The translations under genes were made by a program, and so were the position numbers. Below the pieces are notes generated by a model that saw only the letters and a program-made list of their open reading frames with translations, did no database searches and was not told where the DNA came from. From contig OZ025688.1 of NCBI GenBank assembly GCA_964019335.1, positions 310,001 to 374,000 of the forward strand: a stretch of 64,000 nt of DNA, written 5' to 3'. Origin of the DNA: Diplonema japonicum (lineage: Eukaryota; Protista; Euglenozoa: Diplonemea). How positions within the stretch are numbered: position 1 is the stretch's first letter; every line of letters starts with the position of its first letter. Below, piece after piece: positions 36,054 through 47,738 of this stretch.

Positions 36054-36139
36054 GTGGTGTGGCTTAAGAGCAGCAAGCCTAATGCGCTCAGAACCCTTCA
36101 TTATGATGCCTCAAAACAGCACAGCCACACCGCAGACAC
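36054..36139 (+). ncRNA. Candidate single-hairpin H/ACA-like (AGA box) snoRNA
   Basis: 11-bp basal stem GTGGTGTGGCT/AGCCACACCGC (one G-U) followed immediately by AGA+3 nt; internal TAATG/CATTA pairing. Confidence 0.35.
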
Positions 36140-36449
36140 CCACTTATCAAGCACTTTTATTTTTTATTCCCGTCCCTCACAAGAAATTGGGTTGTTTCTC
36201 CCATGGATTGATTCACAACGAGGCAAAAAGGCTTCTTCTTATTTTTTCGGTCCTGATCTTGGCACACGAGGTAGCCCGTCTGGCCTCGGCCATTGCGGCA
36301 TCGAAGAAGAGGGAGATCCAGTGCCTCTCGGACTCTCAATTTTGTAGTTATTTTTTTTTTTATTTCCACTCTTCGTTTTTATTTCATTCTTTCTTTTTTT
36401 AATATGAATTGGTGCATGTGAAAAAGAAGGGAAAACAAAAACACTCAAA

Positions 36450-36496
36450 ATGTCGGTCAGGATGCTCCTCGTTGTTTGTCTTGCTGCCGTTGCCCA
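36450..36496 (+). pseudogene. Orphan signal-peptide fragment of the GPI family (MSVRMLLVVCLAAVA)
   Basis: Near-identical to 33609-33655, then switches abruptly to the upstream sequence also seen at ~43420-43509. Confidence 0.75.
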
Positions 36497-36585
36497 TGTA
36501 TTCTTCTTTCTTTTTTTATTATTTCTATATGAGAATAAAAAGTATCACCTTTGCAGATAGCTTTTCTTCATCGCATAACTAACAG

Positions 36586-36969
36586 ATGTTCACCAGGATG
36601 CTCCTCGTTGCCTGCCTCGTTGCCGCCGCCCTTGCTGACACGTTCCAGATCCAGCAGTGCACGAACAAGAAGGCGACCGGTAAAAAGATGAACATCAAGA
36701 CAACAGGGTGCAACGCACTCACCTTCGGGAAGGCGAAGTTCAACCTTGCCCTCTCAGGGGTGAAGGGACGCACGTCGAACTCGACCCTCGTTGCTGTGGT
36801 GAAGGACTACCCGAGCAACAAGTGCACGGGGACCGTGAAGTCCACAGGCGCCGTTGCCTGTACTTGCGTGGGCAGCAATGCCTTCTCCTTCGTGTGCAAT
36901 GGGGGTCCTGCCATCGCCATCCCCTCCCTCTTCCTCCTCGCCGCCTCCCTCGTGGTCTACTTGTTGTAG
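36586..36969 (+). CDS. GPI surface protein type A copy 2
   Basis: Mature region identical to 33609-33992 with a different signal peptide, MFTRMLLVACLVAAALA. Confidence 0.8.
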   Translation: MFTRMLLVACLVAAALADTFQIQQCTNKKATGKKMNIKTTGCNALTFGKAKFNLALSGVKGRTSNSTLVAVVKDYPSNKCTGTVKSTGAVACTCVGSNAFSFVCNGGPAIAIPSLFLLAASLVVYLL

Positions 36970-37589
36970 GTTGGCGACGAACAAAGACAACAAGTTCTTT
37001 GTTTACTAAGATAACGGTTCACCTTTACACCTCTTCCCCCCTCCCTTCGTTGCTGCTTCATTCTTTTGAATTCAAACTTGTTTACTTCTATTTCTGAAAC
37101 AAATTGAAACATTCTTGTGTTCTTCAATTTATTCGCTAGCTTCTTCTGTTTTTCTTCTCTTTATCTTCCCACTGTCCACCTCTGCCCTCCCAAAGGCAAG
37201 GGAAGTGGGCAAAGGTAAGGGGGGAAGGGGGGGGTGGTGGCAGTCCCACCGTGAAAAGGCCGTCCACTGCAGCGGTAGAATGGCAAGGAAGGCTCTTCTT
37301 TGCTGTTTTTTTTGCTTATGGATGTCACCCACCCCCTCGGCCCAAAATATACACCTTTTTTCTTTTTTTTCTGTTTTACCTTTCTTGCAAGAACGAGTCT
37401 TTGAGTTGTCAAACAAAAGGGGAACGTTGGCACACAAACAACGGCCAATTTTTCCCCTTTTCTGTCTTTCATGCGGAAGTTATTTTACTGTTTATTTTTA
37501 TTTACTTTCAGCTTTTTGCAACACTCACCACATATTTCCTCCCTCTCTAGTCTCAATCTTCAAAAAACACAAAAAAAAAAAACAATAGC

Positions 37590-37660
37590 TATTTACTGCC
37601 AACAAGTAATGACTTTACCGTTACCTCGAGGTCGGTAAAGCATTACTTGGCGGTAGGTAA
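37590..37660. repeat. ~70-bp imperfect palindrome
   Basis: CAAGTAATG(A)CTTTACCG(TT)ACCTC|GAGGTCGGTAAAGCATTACTTG, centred on the perfect palindrome ACCTCGAGGT (37623-37632). Confidence 0.85.
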
Positions 37661-37664
37661 GTGG

Positions 37665-38267
37665 TTTTATTTCATGACACTCTGAAATTACTTCACCACG
37701 AGGGGCACAACAGGGTGACAAGGAGTACAACAAGAGAGGGGTTACAAAGGTTACAATACAAGTTGTTTTTCCTCCTTTTGTTGACTAAGAACTGCCGCTG
37801 TCGCTGGCATTGCCACTGTCACCATCTCTAATCAGGCCTTCCCATACCTGGCGCGGCCGCTGGCTCCTTTTTTTCTGCTGCTTCGGTATTTTGAAGTCTT
37901 TTGGGGTGCTTGGGTAAGCTGACTAAGTTACCCTTACCCACAGAAGAGTTACCCACAGAAACTGGGAACAAGGCCTAGCCAAAAGTGGGCAAATTGGGAG
38001 GAAAAAGTAGTCCAACTTGGAACTGAGCCGAGGCAAAAGTTGGCCAATTGAGCTGAACCTGGGGGGAAATAGCAAACTGAGAGGAAAAAGTAGCCCCACT
38101 GGGAACCGAACCGAGGCAAAAATTGGCCTACCGAGGCATATTATTTAATGGAAACCCCCTATTACTTCACGGAAAACAGGCCATTATTTCACCGTGAAGT
38201 AATGAGATTTAGCGTGAAGTAATGGGCCCCCCAGTGCGTGAAGTAATTTCTGAAGAGTGAAATAAAA
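37665..38267. mobile_element. MITE-like element (~600 bp)
   Basis: Inverted ends TTTTATTTCA..GAAATTACTTCAC (37665-37696) and GTGAAGTAATTTC..TGAAATAAAA (38238-38267); repeated GTGAAGTAAT subterminal motifs; internal ~82-bp-period duplication at ~37998-38128. It interrupts the 5' flank of a type B copy. Confidence 0.7.
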
Positions 38268-38274
38268 TAAAAAA

Positions 38275-39889
38275 ATGTCGATCAGGATGCTCCTCGTTGC
38301 CGCCTCCCTTGCGGACTCGTTCTAGATCCAGCAGTGCACGAGTGGGAATGAACCACCCCGACCACCTGTCCTTCTTCTGGACCAGCGGGATCGACCACCC
38401 CCACGGCAACCAGCCCACCGCTTCTGTCGACGGTCTCATCAGCGGCATCCCCGATTGGGTCACCATTGCTGAAATGGACGACAGGTCTGCTGAGTTTGAC
38501 TGGACCACCAGCAGCACAATGGGTGTCATCGACCACAACCAGATCACCTCTGGGACCAGGAACATCGGTTGCCGTTGGAGGTTCGCCGAGAACACCGACG
38601 GCGGTGCCATCGAAGGGCTTCCCGCGAACCTGAACTGGGAGATGAAGATGACCACGAAGTTCCACTTCGGGATCGACACCTGGTCCTTCCACTTCGGCGA
38701 CGGGTCCACCGCACAGGACATGGACCCCTCCGAGCCTGTGTACCTTCGCCCTGTGGTGACGACTGTGGACACCGGTGTTGCCCCCTACCCCGAGACGGCA
38801 GGGAAGGAGACCTTCTGCACCCTTGTGAAGTCCGACAACGATGGGGAGCAGCTGACCTACACCTTCAGTTGGGGCGACGATACCCCCGACACCGTTGTGA
38901 CGAAGACGGAAGGAAACCTTGCCTGTGCCGAGCACGACTTCTGCGGTCCTGTGTCGGCGACCTGTGGTGGGACGGCACCCCGCAAGGTGCGTGTGTTTGC
39001 GAAGGGGTCCGGTTGCAGCGCCATCCACAAGATCCTTGCGGATGAGGAGATCGGGACCTGCCCGCCGCTCAACGTCGTGGGGGACGTGAAACAGTTCGTG
39101 GTGGAGCAGGAGAACGGGAAGAACCGCAGGACGGTCCCTGCTGTGGAGGGGACGATGACAGCGAAGGAGTTCTACGACTTCAACTCTTGGAGCAGCCACA
39201 CCGGGTTTGAGAAGGCTGGGACCTCGAACATGTTCCTGTACGGGGACCTCACGAACCCCCACCACCTGTCCTTCTTCTGGATCCACGGTATCGACCACCC
39301 CCAGGGGAACCAACCTGAGTCCGACGTCGACGCCCTCATCACCGGGATCCCGAGTGGTGTCACCATTGCGCAGAGCGACGACAGGACGGCCGAGTGGGAC
39401 TGGACCAGCAACAAGCTCGGGGACATCACCCACAACGGCGGGAACATCGGCGGGCACTGGTGGTTCAACCAGAACACAGACGGCGGTGCTCTTGACGGCT
39501 TCCCCACGAACCTGAACTGGGAGATGAAGATCCAAGCGAACTTCATCAGGGGGATCGACACCTGGTCCTTCCTCTTCGGCAACGGGTCTGCAGCAGGACA
39601 TGAACATGAGCGAGCCTGTGTACCTTCGCCCTGTGGTGACCTCTGTGGATCTTGGTGTGGCCCCTTACCCTCAGGTGGCTGGTGCCGAGACCTTCTGCAC
39701 CCTCGTGGAGTCCATCACACAGGAGCAGCTGACATACACCTTCAAGTGGGGCGACGAGACCCCCGACACCGTTGTGACTGGACCTGCTGGCCATGTTACC
39801 TGTGCGTCGCACGACTTCTGCGGTCCTGTGTCGGCGACCTGTGGTGGGACGGCACCCCGCAAGGTGCGTGTCTTCGTGAAAATGACTAG
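38275..39889 (+). pseudogene. Chimeric pseudogene: dead 5' end of GPI type B fused to a fragment of a repeat protein with PKD-like modules
   Basis: 38275-38348 matches 34798 onward with a 12-nt deletion and an in-frame TAG at 38323. From ~38349 there are two ~300-aa-period repeats (HLSFFW..GIDHP..NTDGGA..LTYTF(S/K)WGD..HDFCG), a frameshift near 39590 and truncation near 39880. Confidence 0.75.
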
Positions 39890-40231
39890 CTGCGTGGGTG
39901 TCAAAAACTCTAGGAATGAAATGAGGAGCGTAATAGCGAAGAAGAAGGGAAGAAAAAAAAAAAAAAAAAAAAACCCAATCCCCAAAGATTTATATATGAG
40001 AACTAGCCTTTTTTTTTAAATATTTAGGGGTAGATAAGTAGGGGACATTCCAAAACAGGAACCTCCTTTATCTCATCTTAAATATTTTATTCTCTATTTG
40101 CTCTCCCCCTCAGGACCAAAGAACACACGCGGTCCCTTTTTTTTCTTGTCCCCCCCCCCCCTCTTTTTCTTTTTTTTTGGAGTTTAAAACATCTATACTT
40201 TGATAATTGTCGTTACTGCAAAGAATTTTTA

Positions 40232-42189
40232 CGCTCCATATTCGCTCGTTGTACCTAGGCGAAGCGGGTTCAAACCCCACTCCAGCGGATTTTTTTTAGG
40301 CTCACCACAGGGGAGAAACGGCAGCCTAAACCGGTATTTCCGTGAAAGCTTTTCGTAAGCTTGTGGGAGTCTAGTTGAGAAAAGTGCAGTTTTGAGGGAA
40401 GGACAGCTCTTAACATTGTTAGTTGTTAGTCAGTAAGCATAACAGCCCTGTCCTCTGCACTTCGGCCGTAATCACCAAATACAAACGGGTGGAGATGACG
40501 AGAAGGTCAAAGAGGGTTCCGTAGGGGAGTTTATAGTTGAAGAGACAGATGCGCATCTATGCCATCCACCACAGGGCAACGTACAGTCCAAATGGAATGG
40601 CATAGTCATTTGAAAGTGACGTTGCCTTTGGGGCAGAAGTTATTTCTGCTTGGAAGGTACTTATGTGGGAATTACACCGATCACCGGTCACGTTTGCGTT
40701 GGAAGATCCTTGACCCGCGTGCCCTGGTTTGATGACCAGCCTGAACGGAACGGAGACTATGAAACAAGCAGTGACGACGACCGGAGAATACTTCCTACTC
40801 CTGAGAGTACAGGGGCAACTCGAAGGGAAAGACCAAAGCAAGCCCTTCCAGCCAGCAGAGAGCCTCAGACTACGAGGACTCCAGATGGACAGGATCGCGA
40901 TAGCGGAGTACAGCCACAAGGAGCTCCACTACCGGGTCCACAACACAAAAGAGGGCAAGAAGTGAGATCTCAGAGCAGACGGGGTGGAAGTGCCATATGC
41001 AGGCAAAAACAAAGGATGGCACCCCAGCCTCATCTTGTACAAGAAGCACAAGACCGAGGAAGCAGGGGAGGGCCACCCGAGGCACAACAGAGGACATGGA
41101 CAACCTCCCCAACGTAGCAGCAACAACAGTAACAGCAGCAGTAGCAGCAGCAGCAGCAGCAAAGACAGTAGCGACAACAGAAAGTAAAGAAGAAGACATC
41201 AGTACCTCCCCCCCCCCCTTCCTCCTCCTCCCTTCCTGCTGTTCTACGTCGGGTGGATCAAGCGTCTGAAGAAACAACAGATTTTTCTGGTGACCCCTAC
41301 TCTTCAGTGTACTAGTTTCTTTTCATCATTATTCTGTGTTGGTCACCGATCACACCAACACCGGCTGAGGAAGACGCAGTACTACCTTCTGGAAGTGGTG
41401 GCAAAGCGAGACCAGTTTCTCCAGGACAAGAGAATGCTAGAAACGTACACGACGCACCCCTGGAACAGATAACGGAAGGAAACGCTCATGCACACCACCT
41501 GAGTGGTAGGAGCTGAAGAAGCACGTGAGCGGGAGCCTGATGATGAAGCACGGAGAAGACATTATCAAGTAGCTCAGGAAGCTGAAGTAGTACGACGGAC
41601 CGAGGAAGACGAGTCACCACAATGGAACTCGTACTAGACTTCGAGAACAGGGAAAGAGGTAGATAAAGATAAGTAGACAAGGACGTTCCAGAACAGGAAC
41701 CTCCTTTATCTTATCTCTTATTCTGTGTTTATTTCATCACAGTGTTGATGGGCTGAGACGCGTCGTGAGTGTGTATCGCGGAGGATATCTGGTGTGGAAA
41801 GAAGGGAACCTACTCCACCCACTATGCCGGATGCCTGAGTAAAGATGGGGGGTCAGAGTTTTGAATTCCTGTGTGGTAGAGTGGTTACCGTGCTCACCTG
41901 TCAGGCCCCCTTGTTCCAGGACGCGGGTTCGAATCCCGACGCAGTGGTTTTTTCATCAGGGTTCGAACCCCACTTGTGCCGTGTTTTTTCCACTGGAGCT
42001 GCTTCATTTTGTATAGTACAAAGTAAGGCAAATCACCAAAAAAATTTTTATTACAAAAAAAAATTCCATATGTCGAACATTGGGCCCCGGACGCAAATAA
42101 ATCCATTCCAGCCCTAGAAAAAGCAATTAGAAATTTTTTTAGCTCTTCAAAATGCGGGTTCTGGTGGGTCACTTAGCGAATATAGAGCG
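40232..42189. mobile_element. Probable non-autonomous TIR element (~1.96 kb) carrying decayed coding fragments and tRNA-like sequence
   Basis: CGCTCCATATTCGCT (40232-40246) versus AGCGAATATAGAGCG (42175-42189): 14/15 inverted match, flanked by TTTA and TTAA. Confidence 0.55.
41867..41946 (+). pseudogene. tRNA-Asp-like pseudogene or tRNA-derived SINE head
   Basis: A box TGGTAGAGTGG, CCTGTCA anticodon-loop-like motif, T arm CGGG-TTCGAAT-CCCG, acceptor pairing CTGTGT/ACGCAG, followed by T6. The anticodon stem does not pair properly. Confidence 0.65.
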
Positions 42190-42694
42190 TTAATATCGTT
42201 CGTTCCACTTCTTTTTCCGCTAAGGTTTTTTTTTTTTAAAAGAAATTTAAAAGAAATGAAAGTTGTTGCACAAAAGATATCTAGTGGCTACTACAAAATA
42301 GAGTAAATAGTTTGTTTTCTCCATGTTCATCCCTATCTTTCTATTTTTTTTTGAAAAACAATTATTTTATCAAAAAAAAAAAAGAAAAAGAAAAAACACA
42401 CAGGCGGACCGTTGCTAACGACTTCGTTCCTATCATAGTGAATTTTATTTTATTTTGTCTACCCTGGCAGTGTGGTGCTTTTAAACCCCTGGTCCATCGT
42501 GAAAGACATGAAATGATTTTAATTGTTTCCCTATGTCCATTCCTCTCCCTCCATTTTTTTTCATTCTTTTTTTAGGCGATCCTGTCACATACTGCAGGTT
42601 CCCTTCAAAGACATCTTTTTTATTTCTATATATGAGAATAAAAAAGTATCACCTTTGCAGATAACTTTTCTTCATCACACAACTTTCAAACAAG

Positions 42695-43066
42695 ATGTTC
42701 ACCAGGATGCTCCTTGTTGCCTGCCTCACTGCCGTTGCCCTTGCTGACAACTACCAGTTCCAGGTGTGCACAGCTGGGAACGTGACGGGGTCGAAGTTCG
42801 ACATTGAGAACGACAAGTGCACGGTGATCACGAGCACGAACACGAACTTCACCCTGACGGGTGTTACGGGTCTTGCTGAGAACCAGACCCTCACTGGTGT
42901 GCTGAACGTGTTCAGCGATGACGTGTGCACGGCTCCCGCCAGCATGTCCACAGATGTTGCCTGCGACTGTGGCAGCAACGCCTACGCCCTGGTGTGCGAT
43001 GGGGCCGCCTTCGCCGTCCCCTCCCTCCTTGTCCTCGTGGCCTCTGTCATGGTTTACATGATGTGA
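42695..43066 (+). CDS. GPI surface protein type C copy 2 (with type-B 3' flank)
   Basis: One residue differs from 35620-35991 (ACDC vs ACTC); the downstream sequence matches that after 35178. Confidence 0.8.
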   Translation: MFTRMLLVACLTAVALADNYQFQVCTAGNVTGSKFDIENDKCTVITSTNTNFTLTGVTGLAENQTLTGVLNVFSDDVCTAPASMSTDVACDCGSNAYALVCDGAAFAVPSLLVLVASVMVYMM

Positions 43067-43509
43067 AAGTGAGGGCTGTGTGGGAAAGAACACGACCGCA
43101 AAGTCCGGTTCTTAAAGTTTAATTAAGTTAACAAAAAAAGTAGACATCATCAAGAAAAGAATTATTTTAACTGGATCTGAGGGGGATGTTATTCGTAATG
43201 CGAACGACCCCACGTTCCCTGATCAAGTGAGGGAAAACGAGGGGAAGAGAAAACATTTCCCCAGTTTTCATCTCTGCGATGACCTCTTTCCATTCGCTGC
43301 TTTTCTCTTCTCTCTTCTTTGCCAATCATCTGCAAGCTCGATAGCCGTTCTGCGGTCACCCATAGTAAGTATGCACTGCTAGCATGCTGGGGTTCTTTCT
43401 TCGCTTAAACGGTTCCTCTATGTATTCTTCTTTCTTTTTTTATTATTTCTATATGAGAATAAAAAGTATCACCTTTGCAGATAGCTTTTCTTCATCGCAT
43501 AACTAACAG

Positions 43510-43893
43510 ATGTTCACCAGGATGCTCCTCGTTGCCTGCCTCGTTGCCGCCGCCCTTGCTGACACGTTCCAGATCCAGCAGTGCACGAACAAGAAGGCGA
43601 CCGGTAAAAAGATGAACATCAAGACAACAGGGTGCAACGCACTCACCTTCGGGAAGGCGAAGTTCAACCTTGCCCTCTCAGGGGTGAAGGGACGCACGTC
43701 GAACTCGACCCTCGTTGCTGTGGTGAAGGACTACCCGAGCAACAAGTGCACGGGGACCGTGAAGTCCACAGGCGCCGTTGCCTGTACTTGCGTGGGCAGC
43801 AATGCCTTCTCCTTCGTGTGCAATGGGGGTCCTGCCATCGCCATCCCCTCCCTCTTCCTCCTCGCCGCCTCCCTCGTGGTCTACTTGTTGTAG
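43510..43893 (+). CDS. GPI surface protein type A copy 3
   Basis: Protein identical to 36586-36969. Confidence 0.8.
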   Translation: MFTRMLLVACLVAAALADTFQIQQCTNKKATGKKMNIKTTGCNALTFGKAKFNLALSGVKGRTSNSTLVAVVKDYPSNKCTGTVKSTGAVACTCVGSNAFSFVCNGGPAIAIPSLFLLAASLVVYLL

Positions 43894-44435
43894 GTTGGCG
43901 ACAAGTTCTTTGTTTACTAAGATAACGGTTCACTTTACACCTCTTCCCCCCTCCCTTCCTTGCTGCTTCATTCTTTTGAATCCAAACTTGTTTACTTCTA
44001 TTTCTGAAAACAATTGAAAAACTTTGTGTCTCAATCTGTTCGCTAGCTTCTATTTCTCTCGTTTTCCCACTGTCCACCTCTGCCCTCCCAAAGGCAAGGG
44101 GAAGTGGGCAAAGGGGGGTGGTGACAATCTCACCGTGAAAAGGCCACCCACTGCAGCGGTAGAATGGCAAGGAAGGTTCCTCCTTGCTGTTTTTGCGTGT
44201 GGATTTCACTCTCCCCCATCCGTTCGTTGTAAGTCTCCGGAACGACTCCCTTGCTCACCTGCAGTAAGCATGCCCCGTAGCATGCTGGGTGTGGGGTTGA
44301 TCACTTACTGGTTTTAGTCTTATGTGTGCCCTCGTTTCTTTATTCTATTCATTCACATTTGTTTTCTGCTATCTCACCTCGCATCTCACAGCCCTCTTCT
44401 CTTTCCCTCGACAACACTTTATCACTTCAAACAAG

Positions 44436-44807
44436 ATGTTCACCAGGATGCTCCTCGTTGCCTGCCTCACTGCCGTTGCCCTTGCTGACAACTACCAGTT
44501 CCAGGTGTGCACAGCTGGGAACGTGACGGGGTCGAAGTTCGACATTGAGAACGACAAGTGCACGGTGATCACGAGCACGAACACGAACTTCACCCTGACG
44601 GGTGTTACGGGTCTTGCTGAGAACCAGACCCTCGCTGGTGTGCTGAACGTGTTCAGCGATGACGTGTGCACGGCTCCCGCCAGCATGTCCACAGATGTTG
44701 CCTGCACCTGTGGCAGCAACGCCTACGCCCTGGTGTGCGATGGGGCCTCCTTCGCTGTCCCCTCCCTCCTTGTCCTCGTGGCCTCTGTCATGGTTTACAT
44801 GATGTGA
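44436..44807 (+). CDS. GPI surface protein type C copy 3
   Basis: Differs from copy 1 at two residues; its DGASF matches type B. Confidence 0.8.
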   Translation: MFTRMLLVACLTAVALADNYQFQVCTAGNVTGSKFDIENDKCTVITSTNTNFTLTGVTGLAENQTLAGVLNVFSDDVCTAPASMSTDVACTCGSNAYALVCDGASFAVPSLLVLVASVMVYMM

Positions 44808-45645
44808 GCAAGGAGGTGATTGCTTTTTATTTTTAGCTTTTCATTTTTCACGAGTGAATGTGAACGGGTTTATGCATGGGTTCCCCCCTCTTCCCCCCTC
44901 CCCCTCCACTCTTTTATCTCCTTATTTTTACAAGTATTGGTGGGCGAAGTATCTCTCCCCCATCATTATGACTAGTTTTAACTTTGCCCCCTCCACTTTC
45001 TTATCGACCAGTTTAAAGTACCTAACAATGAAAGAACTATACAATAGACAGGAATAAGTACACGGCATGGCAGCCATACAAATAGGTTTCCTTTGTTTTT
45101 TCGTGTCATACATCCGCATCGTGGTATTCTTATTTTTTTTATTTTAGTTTTTATTCTTGAGGTCCTTATGACTACCTACCTGAGTAGGTGTATGTCCACC
45201 CTTTTTTTTTTGTGAGAAATTTTCTATCCTATCTTATTCCCATACTTTCAAGAAGGAAAACGAAAAAAAAAAGTTTAGCTACATTACAGAAAAAAAAAAA
45301 AAAAGAGAAGAAGATGAAATGGGACCATAACATTCTAGCTAGAGATGGGCAAGGAAAGGAGGAGAAGGTGATAACAACATTTCCCCCCTCTCCAACTCTT
45401 CAACCCACCTGGGCGTCTTTGCTATGGTTCCGGTCTTCCCTCCATAAATCCGCACCAAGTAGAAGTTTTTTTCTTTCGGGGGTCCCCCCCCCTATGCCAC
45501 GTCCCCACACCGGAACCCCTGCATTAATGAACATTCCCATTTTCTGCCTTTTTTTTTTTCTTTTTGCTTTCCCTTTGTTTTTTTTTTATTTGCAGTGGCC
45601 TTTCTCACCTTTCCCCTATATTTGTTTCAAGGAGGGCGTAGGGAT

Positions 45646-47693
45646 ATGTCTGTCCAGGGGACTATGTTGCAAGCCTTTCAAGAGGAAAATTTTGACCCAA
45701 GGGAGTGGATCAACGAGGAGTTACAGGCTCTGGACCCTTCCACGTTGGGGTCTGCCGTCCACGGCCTTTCGCTGAAGCTGCAGGTGCTGGGGAACGAGGT
45801 CAATGCAGGGTTTGAAGACCAGATCATACAGACGCTGGCCAAGCTGCCGATGGGCCTTATCGACCTGGAGAGGATCGAGAAGGAGTCTGTGCAACTAGCA
45901 GGATCACTGTCCAATATTCTGGCACCTGAAGTGATTGAGAAACAGCAGGTAGCAGACGAGGCAACGCACAGGATCTCACAGCTGCATGAGACGAAGACAA
46001 ATCTTGACATGTATGACATTCTTTTAAAAAAAAAAAAAAAAAAGGTGCCAATCAACTCTGTCCAAAACGGTGTACCTTCGGGACAACGTGCACCTCATGA
46101 AGAAGGCGTTTGAAAAGGGCGACACCTCCCACATTGCGTCGGAGATTGTATGCAAAGAAGAAGAAAAAAAAATAAATTATATCCGAACACAGGCAAAGAT
46201 GCAACAAGCACTGGAAGCAATAAGAGGGTTCGAGCACTACGATGAGATGTCCAAAACCATCATCGGCTACGAGGCGAGGCTGCAGGAGATGGTCGAAGTG
46301 GAGTGCGTGGAAGCCCTGCTCAGCAGGGACACGTTGAAGGCCCAACAGCACCTCGCCACGCTGCGCAAAATCAACCGTTTGAACGAGATCGTCGTGCAGT
46401 ACACCAAGAAGGCTGTACAGCCCATCGTGTCGCAGTGGAAGGACTTTGCTACAGCGAACCAGGTTGGCTCCGACAACTGGGAAGAGACATTCTTGGCGTT
46501 CCTCCCAAACTTCAACACAAAAGTGGAGCAGGACATCGGAAAATCAAAGAAGTACTACACAGAGGTCTTCCAAGAAGACTGCTCGAAGATCGTTGTCGAA
46601 TGGTACATGATGATGCAGCGGGAGCTCGCTCATCAACAAAGCAAGTACTACGGTTCACTGACCCTGCCAGGGCTTGTCAAGGCTTACCAGGGCGCGATGC
46701 AGCTCACTACATTTCTCAAAGAAAATCATATTAAAAACGGTTCCCCGGATCAACTTGAGATGCTGCAAGGTGCAGCCTTGGGACCCTTTACACACCTTCA
46801 GTCCACCTACCCCGATCTTGAAGTCAGCTACCTCCTCGGGAGGATCGCTAGCTTCAGGTTCGTCACCGAGCTCGCATCGTCGTCCACCATCACGATAAAC
46901 CCCACGTTGGTGGCCGACATCACGGACACAACAACACAACTCATTCATGAATGCCAGACAAGCATTGAGCGATGCCTCCTCTTCTCTCCTTCAAACGTCC
47001 TTGTCTTGGTCCGCTCTTTGAACAGCGTCTTGACATCCTTCTCCGGGAAGATTCTTGATGTTGTCAAAAAACTTCGCGTAGCACTTCAACTCGTCCCCGG
47101 GAAGGAGGTCAAAGAGAAATACGCTGCCGAGGACCCTGTGAAGTTGAAGCTAACCCTGCAGCTGTATTCCACCGCGTCAGGGATGGACGATAAGGTGAAG
47201 CTGTTCGAGGTGTGGTTGAGGGAACTGGCGGGGAAACATTCAGCCATGAAGGACATGGAAGAAGAACTGTTCAGTTCGGAAGGCGACTTGGGGGCATTGT
47301 CGAAAGAGGTCGAGACAATCGTGTTTGACCTGCTGTTTGAAGCGGTGGAATCGAGGTTCAGACCTCTACCAGGACTGGACGTGTGGGCTCAGCAAACTAG
47401 TTCCCCTTCATCGATACATTTCCAGGGGAGCATGCCCATGGACGCAATACGGCAAACTGGTGAGTACCTCCTGTCACTCCCTGAGGCTTTAGGGCAGGTC
47501 TGTGACATGGAAGATGACCACTGGATTATGCATGTTTTAAACAAGGCGGCCGAGCACTTCACCGACCAGGTCCTTAGCATACCTCACATTTCGGAGGAAG
47601 GGATGAGGCAGCTTGCGACAGATGTGGAATACCTTGTGAACGTGATGGGGGCGTTTGATGTTGACATGCCTAACTTAAGGGTATATACAATGG

Positions 47694-47738
<45 letters not shown>

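Noticed and set aside
41530-41560. Hammerhead ribozyme core (CTGATGA)
   Set aside because: No stem II or GAAA follows.
41867-41946. Functional tRNA-Asp
   Set aside because: The anticodon stem fails to pair and the variable region is aberrant.
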